64,000 nt of DNA from Eledone cirrhosa (Eukaryota). Below the pieces are notes generated by a model. The model saw only the letters and a program-made list of their open reading frames with translations, had not been told where the DNA came from and searched no databases. The stretch is from NCBI GenBank assembly GCA_964016885.1, contig OZ024741.1:107694001-107758000 (forward strand), in the 5' to 3' direction. Both the position numbers and the translations under genes were made by a program. Below, piece by piece: positions 12,001-26,400 of the stretch (position 1 is the stretch's first letter; the number at the start of each line of letters is the position of its first letter).

Positions 12001-12629
12001 CATGGGAGAAGCACTGATCTCGTAGATCTCCAAAAAGGTTTGAAAATCAATGCAAGATGTATCTATAATTATTACGATATCGTTGTAGATCGTATCATCA
12101 CACAATAATACAGAAAATATGTATTATACAATAAAGACACGATTCAATATTTCAGATTTTCTCTAGCCATAAGCTGAGTAATCATACATTTAATACTTCT
12201 AGTCTACTTTATCACTTAACTTACATTAACCAACACTGATTCAGTAATGCACATAGTAACTATATTTCAATCTATCGGAAATTTAATACACATTAAATTC
12301 GTATTCTCAACATTTTCCGCTGCCAATGTAATTTTCCATAGGATTTTACGTATTAAAGAAAACACGATACGATCATATTTAATATTCTATAAGCCACCTA
12401 AATATATAGGAGTGTGGGATATGTAATGTTGGGTAAGGGAAATCTACAACAACGACCAATACTTGCTCAGATTGTAGATAATGCAGATATGATTGAAAGT
12501 CGTAGCTGAGTGATTCGAAAAAAAAAAAAATAATAATAATAACAAAGACCAGAAAACAGTTATATAGTCGACGTTTCGAATGTTTCATGACCCCTACACA
12601 TGACTATTGTCTTGTTAATGTTACTGAAA

Positions 12630-12694
<65 letters not shown>

Positions 12695-12751
12695 TACACA
12701 CAAACGCACACACACACACGCATATACACACACCAACACGGATATACATAC

Positions 12752-12857
<106 letters not shown>

Positions 12858-12858
12858 G

Positions 12859-12929
<71 letters not shown>

Positions 12930-12933
<4 letters not shown>

Positions 12934-13475
12934 TGGCTGCCAACTCGTTTTCGAGTACGGCCACTACTTTATATCCATGTAGGAGAAATCCTACCAATGC
13001 GCTGAACGAGTGTGACTTTTTAGTCCAGCCAGCGACTTGAAAACTCTGGTACAAACACTACACTTGTGACAATTATTGACACATAGTGCTAGGCTCATGG
13101 TACCATGTGACGACAAGTGCAGAGAGATCTCCAGATATAAAGCAATGCCTGTGCCGTGAAGCTTTTATAGTGAGCAAAGGCTCTGCACAAAGCCAGTCCC
13201 ACTCTCTTAACCAAGATGATATTTACCAAAAAGAAGAATAAGTCAACATCATTGAATACCATTAGGGTTGCAGGTGTTATATCAGAGTTTTCCTTCTCCT
13301 AGAATTCTGCCTTGACAAAGGCTAAGGGGTCATCTCTGCCGGTGATTTTTGATGGCCATTGATTCTTAAGAGCTGCTTTGCCCTTTGACAGGTATTGTTT
13401 TTAGTCCTGCAGCTTGTCCAAATCACCTTCTCACCAAGAAACCTTGGTGGGGTTGCCAGTTTAGTCGCCAACGAC
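12930..13475 (-). mobile_element. RTE-type LINE 5' region fragment
   Basis: GAGTTTTCCTTCTCCTAG motif; related to 29040-29560 (+) and 34760-34930. Confidence 0.5.
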
Positions 13476-14077
13476 CATACATATTATATATACATACATA
13501 TATATATATATATATATACATACATATATATATACTTCGTTTTTGTATTTGTTTTGCAAGATTTCTTATCTAAAATCATGTGTTGGAACAGATACTGTGT
13601 CAGTGTTGAACAAAAAGGTGACGTGGTTGCCTAAACACTGTACGGCGTAATTCGGGCTATTTGTTTGTTTGCTTACAAACAAACAAACCGAGCATTATAA
13701 TAAATGTTCGGTAAACCGATACGTGCATATATATATATATATATGTGTGTGCATGTATGTATATATATATACATACTACTGTACGTCTGTATACATATAT
13801 GTATGTACGTATACATACATACATTTATATATATTAGAAAGTAGAAAAGGTTTGACGTGTCAGAATAAGCTTTTATTCATTCAGCGAATGAATAGTTTGG
13901 AAGGAGAGACAAAGCTGCAACATCGGAGTGTGGGAAAAACACGTGTTAAGAAGGTTGTGGTTGGTAGATTAATAGTCTGGCATTCGGGAATGGGGGTCGA
14001 GTAAGAGCGTCCCGGTGTGTCATGGGTGTTTTTATGTGTATGCAGATGGAGTGCATCTCGTGGGTGTGCGGTAATGC

Positions 14078-14190
<113 letters not shown>

Positions 14191-14588
14191 CGTGCGTGGT
14201 TTGTGTATCCTTGATAGAATTACTCGTGCATGTGTCTGAATATTTTATATAGTGTGTTGTGTGTGCAAGAGCGTGTACGTTTTTCGATGTGTATGTTTGT
14301 GTATTTTTATGTATGAGTTTGTGTATCTGTGAGTTTTTGTATTGTTTCTGTGTACACGTGTGTGAACGTTTGTGTATTTGTGTGCATGTGTGTAGACATC
14401 AGTGTGTGAGTGTATGTTTATTAATTGGTATGTGTGTACGTCTGTATGAGCGTGTGTATGTGTATGTGAATATACACCTGTGTCCTTGAATCTTTTAAAA
14501 GTCTCTTTGTGTGCTTGTGTATGCACGTGTGTGTCTTTGAATTCTTCAGAAACAGCTCTATATACTCGCACGTGCACACATATACATC

Positions 14589-14698
<110 letters not shown>

Positions 14699-14847
14699 AT
14701 ATAGAAATTCGGAGGAAATCGTGATTTCCTCCGAATGAAACAATTCTAGTCCTGTAGAAGCCATTTCTATATTAAATTACTTTTACTCTGCTATGTATTG
14801 AGAACTTTACTTACTGTGGTTATCCCTGATTTAATCCGGGATCTACA

Positions 14848-14933
<86 letters not shown>

Positions 14934-14934
<1 letters not shown>

Positions 14935-15828
14935 GAGGTGTGCCAGAAAAGTTCCAGGGCTGATGTCACATAAGATTTATTTCAAACCCAAACTTCACAC
15001 TAAGAGTTTTCTCCTTCAAAGTAATCCCCCTGGAGTCTAATGCACTTTTTCATGCTTTTGTGCCATGCATGCACTCCTGGAAGGATTCTTCCGGGATCCT
15101 CCTCAGTTCCGTCATCACGGCCTTTTTGATGTCGTCCACGTCTTCAAAACGGGTCTCCTCCGGCTCGTACTCGGAGATCCATGACTATCCCTAGCAAGTC
15201 TGGTGATGACTGTCCCTAGCAAGTCTGATTCGGTTTCAAGACGCTCGAGGATGTCCTGGCACATTGCATGCGTCCACCCTTCTGGTCATCGCTTAGCAGT
15301 TTTGGCACCATCTTCGCGCAGACTTTCCCCATGTCCAAATCTTCAGTGAGAATCTTCCAGACCCTGTCCCGATTCATGCCCAGCTCATTTGCCATCTGTC
15401 GAACAATCAGCCGCCGATCGCTACGCACCATCTGCCTGACGCGCTCAACGTTGACTTCAGTCCTAGTTGTTGAGGACCTTCCGTTCCTGGGGTCATCTTG
15501 CACCACTCAAAAACACGTGAGCGTGACATCGTCTCATCTCCATACACTTGCTGCAGCAATCCCAGTGCTTCTGGCGGAGTTTTCGCCAACCGTACCAGAA
15601 ACTTCAAGTTAGTTCGTTGCACTGTGCTCATTGCTTGAAACAGAGACCTGAAACAGAGGACATGTATATAAAATTATGAAGAAAAAAGTTTGATCGTTGC
15701 AGAGAGCTAAGATTACAGTTACATACTCCAGGAGGATTACTTTGAAGGAGAAATCTCTTAACTGTGAAGTTTGGGTTTGAAATAAATCTTTTGTGACATC
15801 AGTCCTGGAACTTTTCTGACACACCTCG
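14934..15828 (-). mobile_element. Internally deleted mariner (Tc1/mariner) transposon
   Basis: About 100-bp TIRs (CGAGGTGTG.CAGAAAAGTTCCAGG), left end in (TA)n. Frameshifted transposase N-terminus 15631-15216 (QRTNLKFLVRL..QQVYGDETMSRSRVFEW; DDPRNGR; KVCAKMVPKLLS). Confidence 0.9.
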
Positions 15829-16223
15829 CAAGTCTGTACAGAAAGGTGAATACAAGTTGGTGAGGTTTTGCATTATAGTTGGTCTGTGTCTGAGAATGGT
15901 ATCTCGTAAAGTTTCTGGTCCGTCGTGCGTGGTGTGGCCAGAGCTGAGCTAGTTCAAGAAGTGGCTAGAGGAGGAAGTGGTCAGGTTGGAAACTGTGTAT
16001 GGTACACGATGAACGGACGTGGTAAAGAATGGGAGTTGTGGTGGCAGTGTTTTGTGTGTATGTGTGGGTGTATTGGTAGTACAGGAGTGTAGTGTGAATG
16101 TGGTTGTTGGGTGTGTAGTATGGTTAGATGTGTGGGTATGTTTAGTTAGGGTATGTTGGGGGTATTGCATGTGTGTTGTTCTAAGAGTGGTCTGTTAGCA
16201 TAATTGACTCATTAGCAAGTAGC

Positions 16224-16325
<102 letters not shown>

Positions 16326-16849
16326 TATATTATTAGTATTGTACGTAAATAACATTTTGAATAAATAATACTTTGTAAAATACAGATTTTAGCCTAAGGC
16401 ATATCTGTGCTGATTTATGGTGTAATATTATTGAAATAAATGTTACTTTAATCCACTTTTAGGATGATGTTACTCCTTGTTAGTTATTTAATTAAATTTA
16501 ATTTCAGATGAGCTTTTAATTTTTTTTTTTGTTTAAAAGGATTTTGAGCTCTGTTTCTAGTTTCATAATATTCACATTGACAGCTCTTTAACGCATCTAG
16601 CAATTATTGGTACATTATTTTATTCATAAAGTTGGCTTAAAGATATTGATGATTACATAAATATGAAAAATTTCGTAACATTACATCTTCATTTTAGCTT
16701 TAAGTAGCAGAATGGCCCGGCGTTCCTCGGGATTTTCTCTAGGGTTCTTATATATTTGATATATATTTATCCTTATCGAGCCTCGTGAAATAAATACATT
16801 TGTTTGTATTTTGTTACTGTGTATGCAAAAATATCTGTACAGGAATATA

Positions 16850-16907
<58 letters not shown>

Positions 16908-17487
16908 AATACATTAACGGAGCCATATACACTCGTTGAGCACACATCTCTGATTGGTTTTTGGGCTGCCCCTTTCTAGCAGCTCGTCCCTCAGATACGA
17001 CTGGTTTACTGCCCTAAACACGCTGTGACATCTCTCTGCCGCGTGTAGCTGGACGGTTGCTTTAGATTCTCTTAGAGTTGTCTGGAATGTATAGTCTTGC
17101 ACGCGTTGATGACCCATAGGCTATTCCATTTCAGTCAAAAACTTCCTGGAGAAACAGATCTCTTTGGATTTGTACGCGTGTGTTATAAAGTTATAGAGGT
17201 ACGATATACATTTTAATTTATATTTTTAATTATTGTGTGTCTACCCTGCCATCCATAGATTATAGATTCCATACACTGGTGGTTTTCCCTGTTTTATTGA
17301 TGACGCACTATCTCTCTCTAATGTGTTACCTTTTCAACATATTGTATTTTATATATTTATATATATTAGAAAGTGAGTTTTTTTTAACAAAATGAAAAAA
17401 AAACGAGATGTCTGCTTTTATTCCGTACAATTGATTGGTCGTTATTCTCCTTGTCAAAAAATTCCTCTGTCGGACGTAATTTTCTAA

Positions 17488-17885
17488 TATTAAAATAACA
17501 GATTAAAGTTTAAACAAAGAATCGCTGCTTTCATCCTTAATGGGATCTTCTGAGACTAAAAAATCAATCTGTGAACGCAGAAGTAAATATTTCGAAAAAC
17601 GTTACACACTATATATATATACCCAGTAATCGTTGGCCTTGTTTGTTTATATTTTGTTTTTGTGTATACAAAAATATCTGTCAGTGATGCATGTGATTAT
17701 GTAATCGCCGGCCTTGTTTGTTTTTATTTTGTTTTTGTGTATGTAAAAATATCTGTACACGAATATCTATATTAAAATAACATATTAAAGTTTAAACAAA
17801 GAATGGCTGCTTTCACCCTTAACGGAATCTTCAGAAACTAAAAAAAAACAATCTGTGAACGCAGAAGTAAATATTTCGAAAACCG
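17488..17885 (-). repeat. About 282-bp tandem repeat with degenerate HHR-like motif (family C); also at 16740-16850 and as a fold-back at 24355-24535
   Basis: 17488-17605 is repeated at 17770-17885. Minus strand reads CTGAAGA-ttcc..-GAAAG-cag; stem I does not pair. Confidence 0.6.
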
Positions 17886-18130
17886 TTGCAACCGAAGCAA
17901 AACAGGAAGACGATACTTTGGTTAGTGAAGACGTTCCCTGGCATAAGAATTAACAATATATATATATATATATACACACTATATACATAAACACACACAC
18001 ACTGATCGCATCATAATGACATAATGCAAACAGCCAGACATACAGACAGATATTATAAGGGCATGATGTTATATCTATGTATCTATCTAAAAAGAAAGAC
18101 TGAGAGAGAGAGCGAGAGCGAGAGAGAGAG

Positions 18131-18204
<74 letters not shown>

Positions 18205-18209
<5 letters not shown>

Positions 18210-18398
18210 GCTAAATCGCCTAATGCGGTGCCTAGAGTATTGAACATTTGAAATTGTTTTTTCTCAAAACACTCACAGGACCATAAGTATTACTTGTGTA
18301 AAGTTTGAAAATAATCAGTTGGGTTGTTCTCGGGTTTTAGTGAGCTGACAGACAGACAGACAGCCAGACAGACATTCTCTGTTTTAGATATATAGATA
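18205..18398 (-). mobile_element. Non-autonomous Helitron 5' end
   Basis: Reverse complement starts aTCTATATATCTAAAA...(TGTC)n, typical of Helitron 5' termini with an internal microsatellite. Confidence 0.55.
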
Positions 18399-18951
18399 AC
18401 TGTTTGGTCAAGACGGGACTTTCTAATATAAGAAAATTCATTATAGTATTTTTTAATCATTAATTAGTATATCCTAAAACTAGTCCCCTAAAGAGCCATG
18501 TAAATATTGAATAGCTAATTAATTATACTAATTAGCTAATATTCGTAATCACGGCGAAACCGCCGGATGAATAATTATGCAGATAAAATTATATTTTTTT
18601 CCTGAAGATACGTTTTGCTTACTATGTTCTTAATAATAATAATATATTTTAGTATTGTACCTAAATAATATTTTATATAAATAATACTCTGCAAAATACA
18701 GATTTTAGCCTGTATAAAGCTTATTTGAGCTGATTTATGGTCTAATATGATTGATTAAATTGAAATAATTTTTATTTAAACCACTTTTTTCATATTCTCC
18801 CGATGAAGGACATACTCGAAACGTCGCAACCAGACCCCCCCCCCCACACACAAACTCTCAACAAGCGTGAAACTAATAATATTTGTAACATTTACTCCTG
18901 CGTTTGTCTGTCTATTTGTTTTCTGTTATTCCGAACGATATATATATATAT

Positions 18952-19372
18952 ATCTTAACTATAATAAAGGAAGGTCTGCGTCATTGCGTCCAGCATATAT
19001 ATTTTTTTATCCCATTTGTAAAGTTGAATTACTTTGAATAAAAAATTGTTTCTACATTTGTCACAAGGCAAGCTAATACCCAGTGCATTACTGGTACTTT
19101 ATTTTATCGACTCCGTAAGGATGAAAGGCAAAGTTAATGAATATTACATAATTTATGTGCTAAATTTCGTGGCTGTTGATTAAATATATGTTATAGTTTA
19201 TTAAAACTATAACATATATATAACAAATATATGTTATAGTTTATTTAAAGATCTTTAAAATTCAATTCTTTAAACTTATCAAATGTCAACACTTCCTGTT
19301 AGTGGCCGTTATATTATAATACTTATAATCTCATATATTTCCGTCGCTAATTTTCTCCTGATGCAGTTTATA
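18952..19372 (+). mobile_element. Repeat with Helitron-like 5' end and nested S1 SINE (19045-19135, -); homologous to 43445-43860
   Basis: Collinear similarity of the two copies. Confidence 0.6.
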
Positions 19373-19562
19373 TAATGTCGTCTTTTTTTTTATATATCAT
19401 GGATTACTGATTACAGAAGACAGTGTAACATAGGCTTTGTTCAATTTCTGTGTAATTTTATTTGATGTATCATATTTACATGCATATATATTTGTGTATA
19501 ATATCAATATACACACTACACATGCAAGAAGAGAACCACCTATAGGGTGGTTTTTCTGCTAG

Positions 19563-19673
<111 letters not shown>

Positions 19674-19759
19674 GATATATATATACATAAGTTGAAAAAA
19701 AATGAAAACGAAATTTCATTTCTCACTCTTAGTATGGCACTTACTTAAATGTAAGTATG

Positions 19760-19803
19760 TATGTATACGTTAATACATATATGTATACAGACGTACAGTA
19801 GCA

Positions 19804-19865
<62 letters not shown>

Positions 19866-20085
19866 TATACACATATGCATACAGGTACACATACATATAT
19901 GCACGCATCAGTTTAGCCGACGTTTATTATAACGCCTGCTTTGTTCGTTTGTTTGTCAACAAATCGAACAGCCTGAATTTATGCCATACGGTGTTAAGGC
20001 AACCACGTCACCTTTTTGTTCAACACTGACTGAGGAACGATGTACTAGTTTCAAGCTTGTTAGCTATCATCAGCACCGTTTGCCC
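19760..20085 (-). mobile_element. PLE pLTR / retrozyme-like family D; other copies at 13590-13830 and 22200-22570 (+)
   Basis: Shared segment cagtg.tgaacaaaaaggtgacgtggttgcct..aacac.gta.ggc.taa. Confidence 0.7.
20036..20080 (-). ncRNA. Minimal hammerhead ribozyme
   Basis: Reverse complement: aacggtg-CTGATGA-tagct aaca agctt-GAAAC-ta-GTA-catcgtt; palindromic ACTAGT stem III. Confidence 0.8.
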
Positions 20086-20745
20086 ATCTGCGCGCGCACC
20101 CCACATCTCCCCTCTTCCGACCAACCACGGATTACACATATTGAACATCGATCCCTAGAATCCACCACATCCCAAGGATATTACCCAGCATTCTACCACA
20201 TCCTCTACGGAACTACCTTAAAGACTCACCCAATGACATACACTAAAAAAATTTTTTTCCCACACTCCACCTACATCCACAACACGCATAAATACCACAC
20301 ACACACGTGCGTACCACCACATATTTACACACTCAGCCTCCAGAATCCTCTCCCCCACCCCTCTAACCCCTCCCCATCCACACACGCACACACACTCCGA
20401 CCTACACCCCACCCCACACACACCTCTTCCTGAACATGCAACCCCGTTCGTCCCCCAACTCTTACTTTCACATACACACGCACACACGCACACGTACACC
20501 TACACACACACACACCACCTTCAACCCTCCCCGCTCGGACACCCCGCCTCCCTCTCTCCACTCCACCCGCCACCACCCCTACACGCCCCACACCCTTCCA
20601 CCACCTGTTTTACTTCATGTTTATTTCTATTTTTATTATGCTTTTATATTTAATTTCATTTGTACCGTTTCCTCTCACCCCCTTTTTTCTATGTCTCCCC
20701 ACCACTCCCCTACACACCCTTGGAACTCTCTTTCCACACACTTTT

Positions 20746-20779
20746 CACCTGAAGAAGGGCTTATGCCCGAAACGTCGTT
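20746..20779 (+). ncRNA. Minimal hammerhead ribozyme in a PLE 3'-end relic (20090-20870)
   Basis: CTGAAGA-a-gggc ttat gccc-GAAAC-GTC-gt; weak stem I; related degenerate copy at 18798-18828 with a shared downstream gcgtgaaactaataa. Confidence 0.55.
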
Positions 20780-20864
20780 CCCCACCACCACCCCACTCTC
20801 AAGAGCGTGAAACTAATAAACCTTTGTTCGTACTGCCTCTCTGTTTTGTTCCCGTTCAATTTTT

Positions 20865-20896
<32 letters not shown>

Positions 20897-20901
<5 letters not shown>

Positions 20902-21765
20902 AATAAATTATCGAGAATCGGAATTTCGGCCCACGAAATAACGAAACACAATCTTCGAAATGCGTGGCAAAGGGCTCAATAGTTTGGATAAACCAGAGCT
21001 ATAACTATCGTTTAAATACCAACACACGGAGACAATGCTTAAAATCACTCGCACAGCCGAAAAAAACGACCAGGAAAATTCGGGTCAGACAAATAATAAT
21101 ATAAATGAATGAAAAATCTTTACCCGGATCCGCTAGAATGATGGTAAATTCCAGCTTTTTGGTTTTTGCGGTTCCTAAATCAGTTACCGTCAGCTTACAT
21201 AAAAAATATTCGGCTTCTGGCAGAAAGATGAACGAGGAAAACCACTTTCTCAACAGGCATTTCGTTCGAATATACAAAAGAATCCGTTACTAAATCCACG
21301 TGGGGTTTAGCAAGGGAGGGAACCCCTATATTAGGCAAATGAATTCGGCAGTGTATATATTTGTAAAAATACAAAATATCACATATCGAATTAGAGTTCT
21401 CAACAGACGGGTTAAAATTAACATGAGCTATTCATCAGTCAATAAGATCAACTAAAAAATCAATAAAATTAACTGGTCAATAGCTAAAGACTGGAGATAA
21501 ATACAAATAAATTATCGAGAATCGGAATTTCGGCCCACGAAATAACGAAACAAAATCTTCGAAATGCGTGGCAAAGGGCTCAATAGTTTGGATAAACCAG
21601 AGCTATAACTATTGTTTAAATACCAACACACGGAGACAATGCTTAAAATCACTGGCACAGCCGAAAAAAACGACCAGGAAACTTCGGGTCAGACAAATAA
21701 TAATATAAATGAATGAAAAATCTTTACCCGGACCCGCTAGAATGATGGTAAATTCCAGCTTTTTT
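20897..21765. repeat. Partial tandem repeat, period 604 bp, flanked by (TA)n
   Basis: 20897-21160 is repeated at 21501-21765. Confidence 0.85.
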
Positions 21766-21944
21766 GTTTATATATATATATATTTATATATATATATATA
21801 TACTTTAGGTTTGTTGGTTCACCAATGGATAGAACTGGTCATTCCGTATGGTCAATCCTGGTGTAATATTGTGAATAGTACTCAACGCAGTGCAGTTCAC
21901 CCATCTTTGTTCGTGTAGTTGGTGGTGCGAATACGAAGTTAATT

Positions 21945-22084
21945 ATAAATGAAATAAAATAACAGGAGGCTGGACTGGTGTAAATCCTTGAAAGGTTTAT
22001 TACACTATGATCATCAATGACCGGATTCCATATAATAAACCTTTCAAGAATTTACACCAGTCCAGCCTCCTGTTGTCTTATTTC

Positions 22085-22090
<6 letters not shown>
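21945..22090. repeat. Fold-back inverted repeat
   Basis: About 58-bp arms with a 30-bp spacer, ending in (TA)n. Confidence 0.85.
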
Positions 22091-22131
<41 letters not shown>

Positions 22132-22568
22132 TATATATATAGATATATATAGAATAGAATGAAACGTTTCATTCTATTACATTTATCGTTTTCGGTGTGC
22201 CCGGCCGACTGAACTCACTCGATATGCAAATTAGGCTGCTCAGCCGTTAATATGCATAAGGAAAGTATATACTTTCAGACGTTCAACCATCTGGAAGGAA
22301 GGTATACGATTGTGACGATGGCTAATAAGCTTGAAACTAGTACATCGTTCCTGTGTCAGTGCTGAACAAAAAGGTGACGTGGTTGCCTAAACACTGTACG
22401 GCGTAATCCGGGCTGTTTGTTTGTTTACAAACAAACCGAGCATTATAATAAATGTTCGCTAAACCGATACGTGCATATATATATATGTGTGCATGTATGT
22501 ATATATATACATTCTACTGTACGTCTGTATACATATATGTATGAACGTATACATACATACATACTTAC

Positions 22569-22646
<78 letters not shown>

Positions 22647-23794
22647 GGTGGACTAAAATAACATTTATTTCAATTATATCAATCATATTAGTCCATGAAA
22701 CTGCTCAAATATGCTTTATACTCTTTAACATTTTACCTGTTACAGCCAAATGGCCAAGGCCATAATTTATATATATACCAACTTGTGAACATATACGCGT
22801 GCCCGCGCCAAACCTAATAACTATAACCTATGTATACGCACATGTGATAATTATATTCTTTCGGTCTTCTATAAAGTCCTACCATTTTCCCATGTCAAGT
22901 GAGAACAACAATTTACGAAAAGAACCAATAACAACATAATGCAACATATAGCCACTACTCTATTTTTATGTGATAACTACATTTTTTGGAAGGATGAGGG
23001 CGTAAAAGAGAAACGTTACTTCACTCACACACACATATATATATACAAACACACACTCACTTACACATACAGACAAGCATACACAAACTCAACATTTACA
23101 AGTAAACATCCGCATGCAAACACATACGCATATAGGCACTGTCACAAACACACTCATACACATACACATTTATAAATATACTTTAGCATAAATTGACATA
23201 AAATACGTTTATATTCCTATTCTTTCTCTTATATTATTCTTAATCCTTTTGCTGAAGAGTCCACTTCTATATCCTTGTCATTCAGACACCAATGTCTTTA
23301 TGCTGTCTTCTTAATAGCACCAAATTTGTCCATTAGTATCTCATCCTTATTTAGACACTTCTTATTCAATGTGTGCTATGTATTTCATATTTCTTGTCTT
23401 TCTCGCTTGGTAGAATATTGAGTGGTTCAAATTATGAAATCTGTCACTGAATCTACGAATTGTTCACGAATTGCATTCTACATTGAGTTACGGCTCCATT
23501 GCTCCATTGCTTATACCTGTCTTCCTAACTCGTCTGGATATGTTAGGGAAAACACTTCGGCCTCCTATCAAAATGTTTGAACATATTGGGAAACAAACGG
23601 TGCAGGGATGAGTTAGGTGTTGTACAAAATACAATTTGTTGCTTCATGTTTAATTTCATATTGGCTTTTCAGCATTCTGGTAAATGACAGTAGGCTTCAA
23701 ATTGCATGAATTATTTAGTCGATATATATACATACATACGTATATATACATACAAACGTATATATATATATGGGAAAAGTAGTTCCACAACAGT

Positions 23795-23982
23795 TAATTC
23801 ACCATTTCTGAGGACAATTGTTTCACCTTAGTCGGATTATCAGTTCGGTTTAAATGAGATTATAGGGAAAACGAATACGCATGCGTATTCGTATAATAGT
23901 TTTTCCTTTCCAGTATAATCTGATTTAACCCGAGCGAATAATCCGACTAAGGTGAAACAATTGTCCTCAGAAATGGTGAATT
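23795..23982. repeat. Fold-back inverted repeat carrying an HHR 3' half (GAAAC-aatt-GTC)
   Basis: Arms aattcaccatttctgaggacaattgtttcaccttagtcggattat / reverse complement; central palindrome gaatacgcatgcgtattc. Confidence 0.85.
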
Positions 23983-24307
23983 ATATAACATATATATATG
24001 TATATCTGTATATATATATATATATATATATTCAATAATCTTTTAATCTGTACTAATAAAAAATAATTGGTCTACAATTTATATATATATATATATAAAG
24101 AAAGTGCGGTAAGAAACCAGGTCGAGCATAACGCACCAGAGTGCTCAATACTTAGGGGAGTAGAATGGGTAATAAGAAAAGAGTCAGAACCCCGACGGCT
24201 GAGCCCCGGAGCTCAGCCGTCGGGGTCCGCACTTTATATATATATATATAAGTATTAAGTACTCTGGTACATTATGGTCCATCTGGTTCCTTACCACAAC
24301 TCCTTCG

Positions 24308-24362
<55 letters not shown>

Positions 24363-24601
24363 TAACAGATTAAAGTTTAAGCAAAGAATAGCTGCTTTCA
24401 TCCTCTCTGAAACTCAGAAGATCCCGTTAAGAGTGAAAGCAGCGATTCTTTGCTTAAACTTTAATCTGTTATTTTAATAACTATTTGCTCTAGGGTTCTT
24501 ATATATTTGATATATATTTATTCATATCAAGCCCTCTTTGGATTTTAGTCTTCAAATTTATTATTATTACTATATACTATATATATATATATATATAGAT
24601 A

Positions 24602-24671
24602 GATAGGAAATGCATGAGGCGGGGGACTCTCAACTCTCTATCAGAGGTGTGGGTGTCTCCCAAGACGAAAA

Positions 24672-24727
<56 letters not shown>

Positions 24728-24797
24728 TTTTCGTCTTGGGAGACACCCACACCTCTGATAGAGAGTTGAGAGTCCCCCGCCTCATGCATTTCCTATC
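24602..24797. repeat. Perfect 74-bp inverted repeat around a (TA)n spacer
   Basis: 24602-24675 is the reverse complement of 24724-24797. Confidence 0.95.
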
Positions 24798-25059
24798 CTG
24801 GTGTCCACATTGTGCTCAGTGTTTATAAAACTGCACAATACAAGTAGTCATGGACCAGCTCTATCTTCGAACCTTCCAGCGCATGCATTTGTTTATTTGA
24901 CATTACATGAGATACATGAATTTTATTTTGCTCGCATTCAAGAAGAGTTCAATGGAGGGCACTGCAGTCTCCACTCCATGCAGCACTACCTCAGTTTCTT
25001 TGCAGGTGTTTAGCAGAAGAGATATGCCATCTGTGAAGCCATTTGACGTAAAACTTCCT

Positions 25060-26400
25060 CCGGTTGGTGGGTGCTTTACAGTATTATTCTGTCTGATGAT
25101 ACAATGGCATTATGCAATTCACCGTCAAGGCATATCACAAAAAGCAAAGAAAGATCAAGAACATCTTCCCGGAGGACACAGTCACAGCGGGTGTCGAAGG
25201 TGCCTTTCCAGTCCCCCACTAACACTGTGTGAGATATTCCCAGAAAGGCTCCCTGGCGCCTGAAGAAAACTGGCCTTCTCGTCGCAGTGGTCGCATAGAC
25301 GGCCACCAGTCTAAAAGCACCACATTCGCTGCTGCTCACGTCCAGGAAAACCAAAATTACCATCCGAGTCCAGGAAGGTCGTTCGCACCTTTAGATCTAC
25401 GCCTTTCCGAAACAACACTGTCAATCCACCTCCCATACCGGGTCGACTAAGAGACGCGTAGATCTCAAAGTCGTCAAGGATGAGTGCAAGCATGTCGGAG
25501 ATCCTGGTCTTGTTGACGGCTTTCACATCTATCGCTAGTGACTTGACATCGTTGAGGAAGCGGTCATATTTCTAGGCCGACCCACCAGATGTCTATTCTC
25601 TCCGAGATTCCAGTTAACCTGATTGATATTGTTCTTCTTCTCACGTGCGAAGGGAAAAGTACGAAGTCCTTCGCTTGCTCTGGAAGGACTGAGTGTTTTC
25701 TTGAGAGAGCTTCGCGTCGGAAGAGCACCAAGATGCCTACATACATTTCTCGATGTGCTCTCTTCAGAGCTTCTACGCGTGCTGGTGTAGCCAGTTCCCG
25801 TTTGCTCGACTTGATGCCTATACATTTGCAGGTCATGGTGCACCTTTCGATGTCTGCCAATACCTCTGAGGGCACATTCCTGTGCCGTATTATTTTAAAA
25901 ATCTATTAATGTTCTCGCCACTGCCAGATAATGAAATGTTTATTTCATAATAAAAGGTACTTTTCGACGCGGTCTCAGCGAAATGTTTTTCATTGTTGCT
26001 GTTATTGTCTTTATTGATACTGTTGTTGTTGTTGTTGCTGCTGCTGCTGCCGTTGCTGCAGCTACTGGTGGGATCATTGCGGTTACTGCTGCTGATATCA
26101 CAGCTGCTGCCGTTGTTGCCGTTGTTGCTGTTGCCGCTCCTGCTGACGGTGTCATTCTGACTCCTGTTAATTTACCCCCTTTGTTGCTGTTGTTGACGCT
26201 GTTACTGCTGCTGCTGTTACTGTTGATTGCGACAATGGCCCTGGCGATTTTAATTAGCCGATTAAAGCCATCAATTTATAATAGATCAGAAAGGCACGCG
26301 GCGAAATGGTTATTATATCAATCCCACGCATGCGCATACATGTTTCCAACACATAGGATAGTTGCAGAAGAAAAGTCAAATCGTTCGCTTGTTTTATCTA
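25060..26400 (-). pseudogene. Tx1/L1-type LINE 5' part: low-complexity ORF1 remnant and APE endonuclease remnant
   Basis: GGGLTVLFRKG, FRLVAVYA and VLVGDW APE-like motifs in frameshifted ORFs 25076-25526; putative ORF1 piece at 25564-25875. Confidence 0.7.

Noticed and set aside
12562-12610. Minus-strand atagtc...GAAACGTC-gactat
   Set aside because: Stem I pairs but the CUGANGA box is lost; at best a dead remnant.
17100-17170. TTGATGA...GAAACAGATCTCTT, and the motif at 26790-26830
   Set aside because: Core mismatches and no adjacent stem I; too degenerate to call.
23200-23720. Possible CR1/L2 3' relic
   Set aside because: Too decayed to support by eye.
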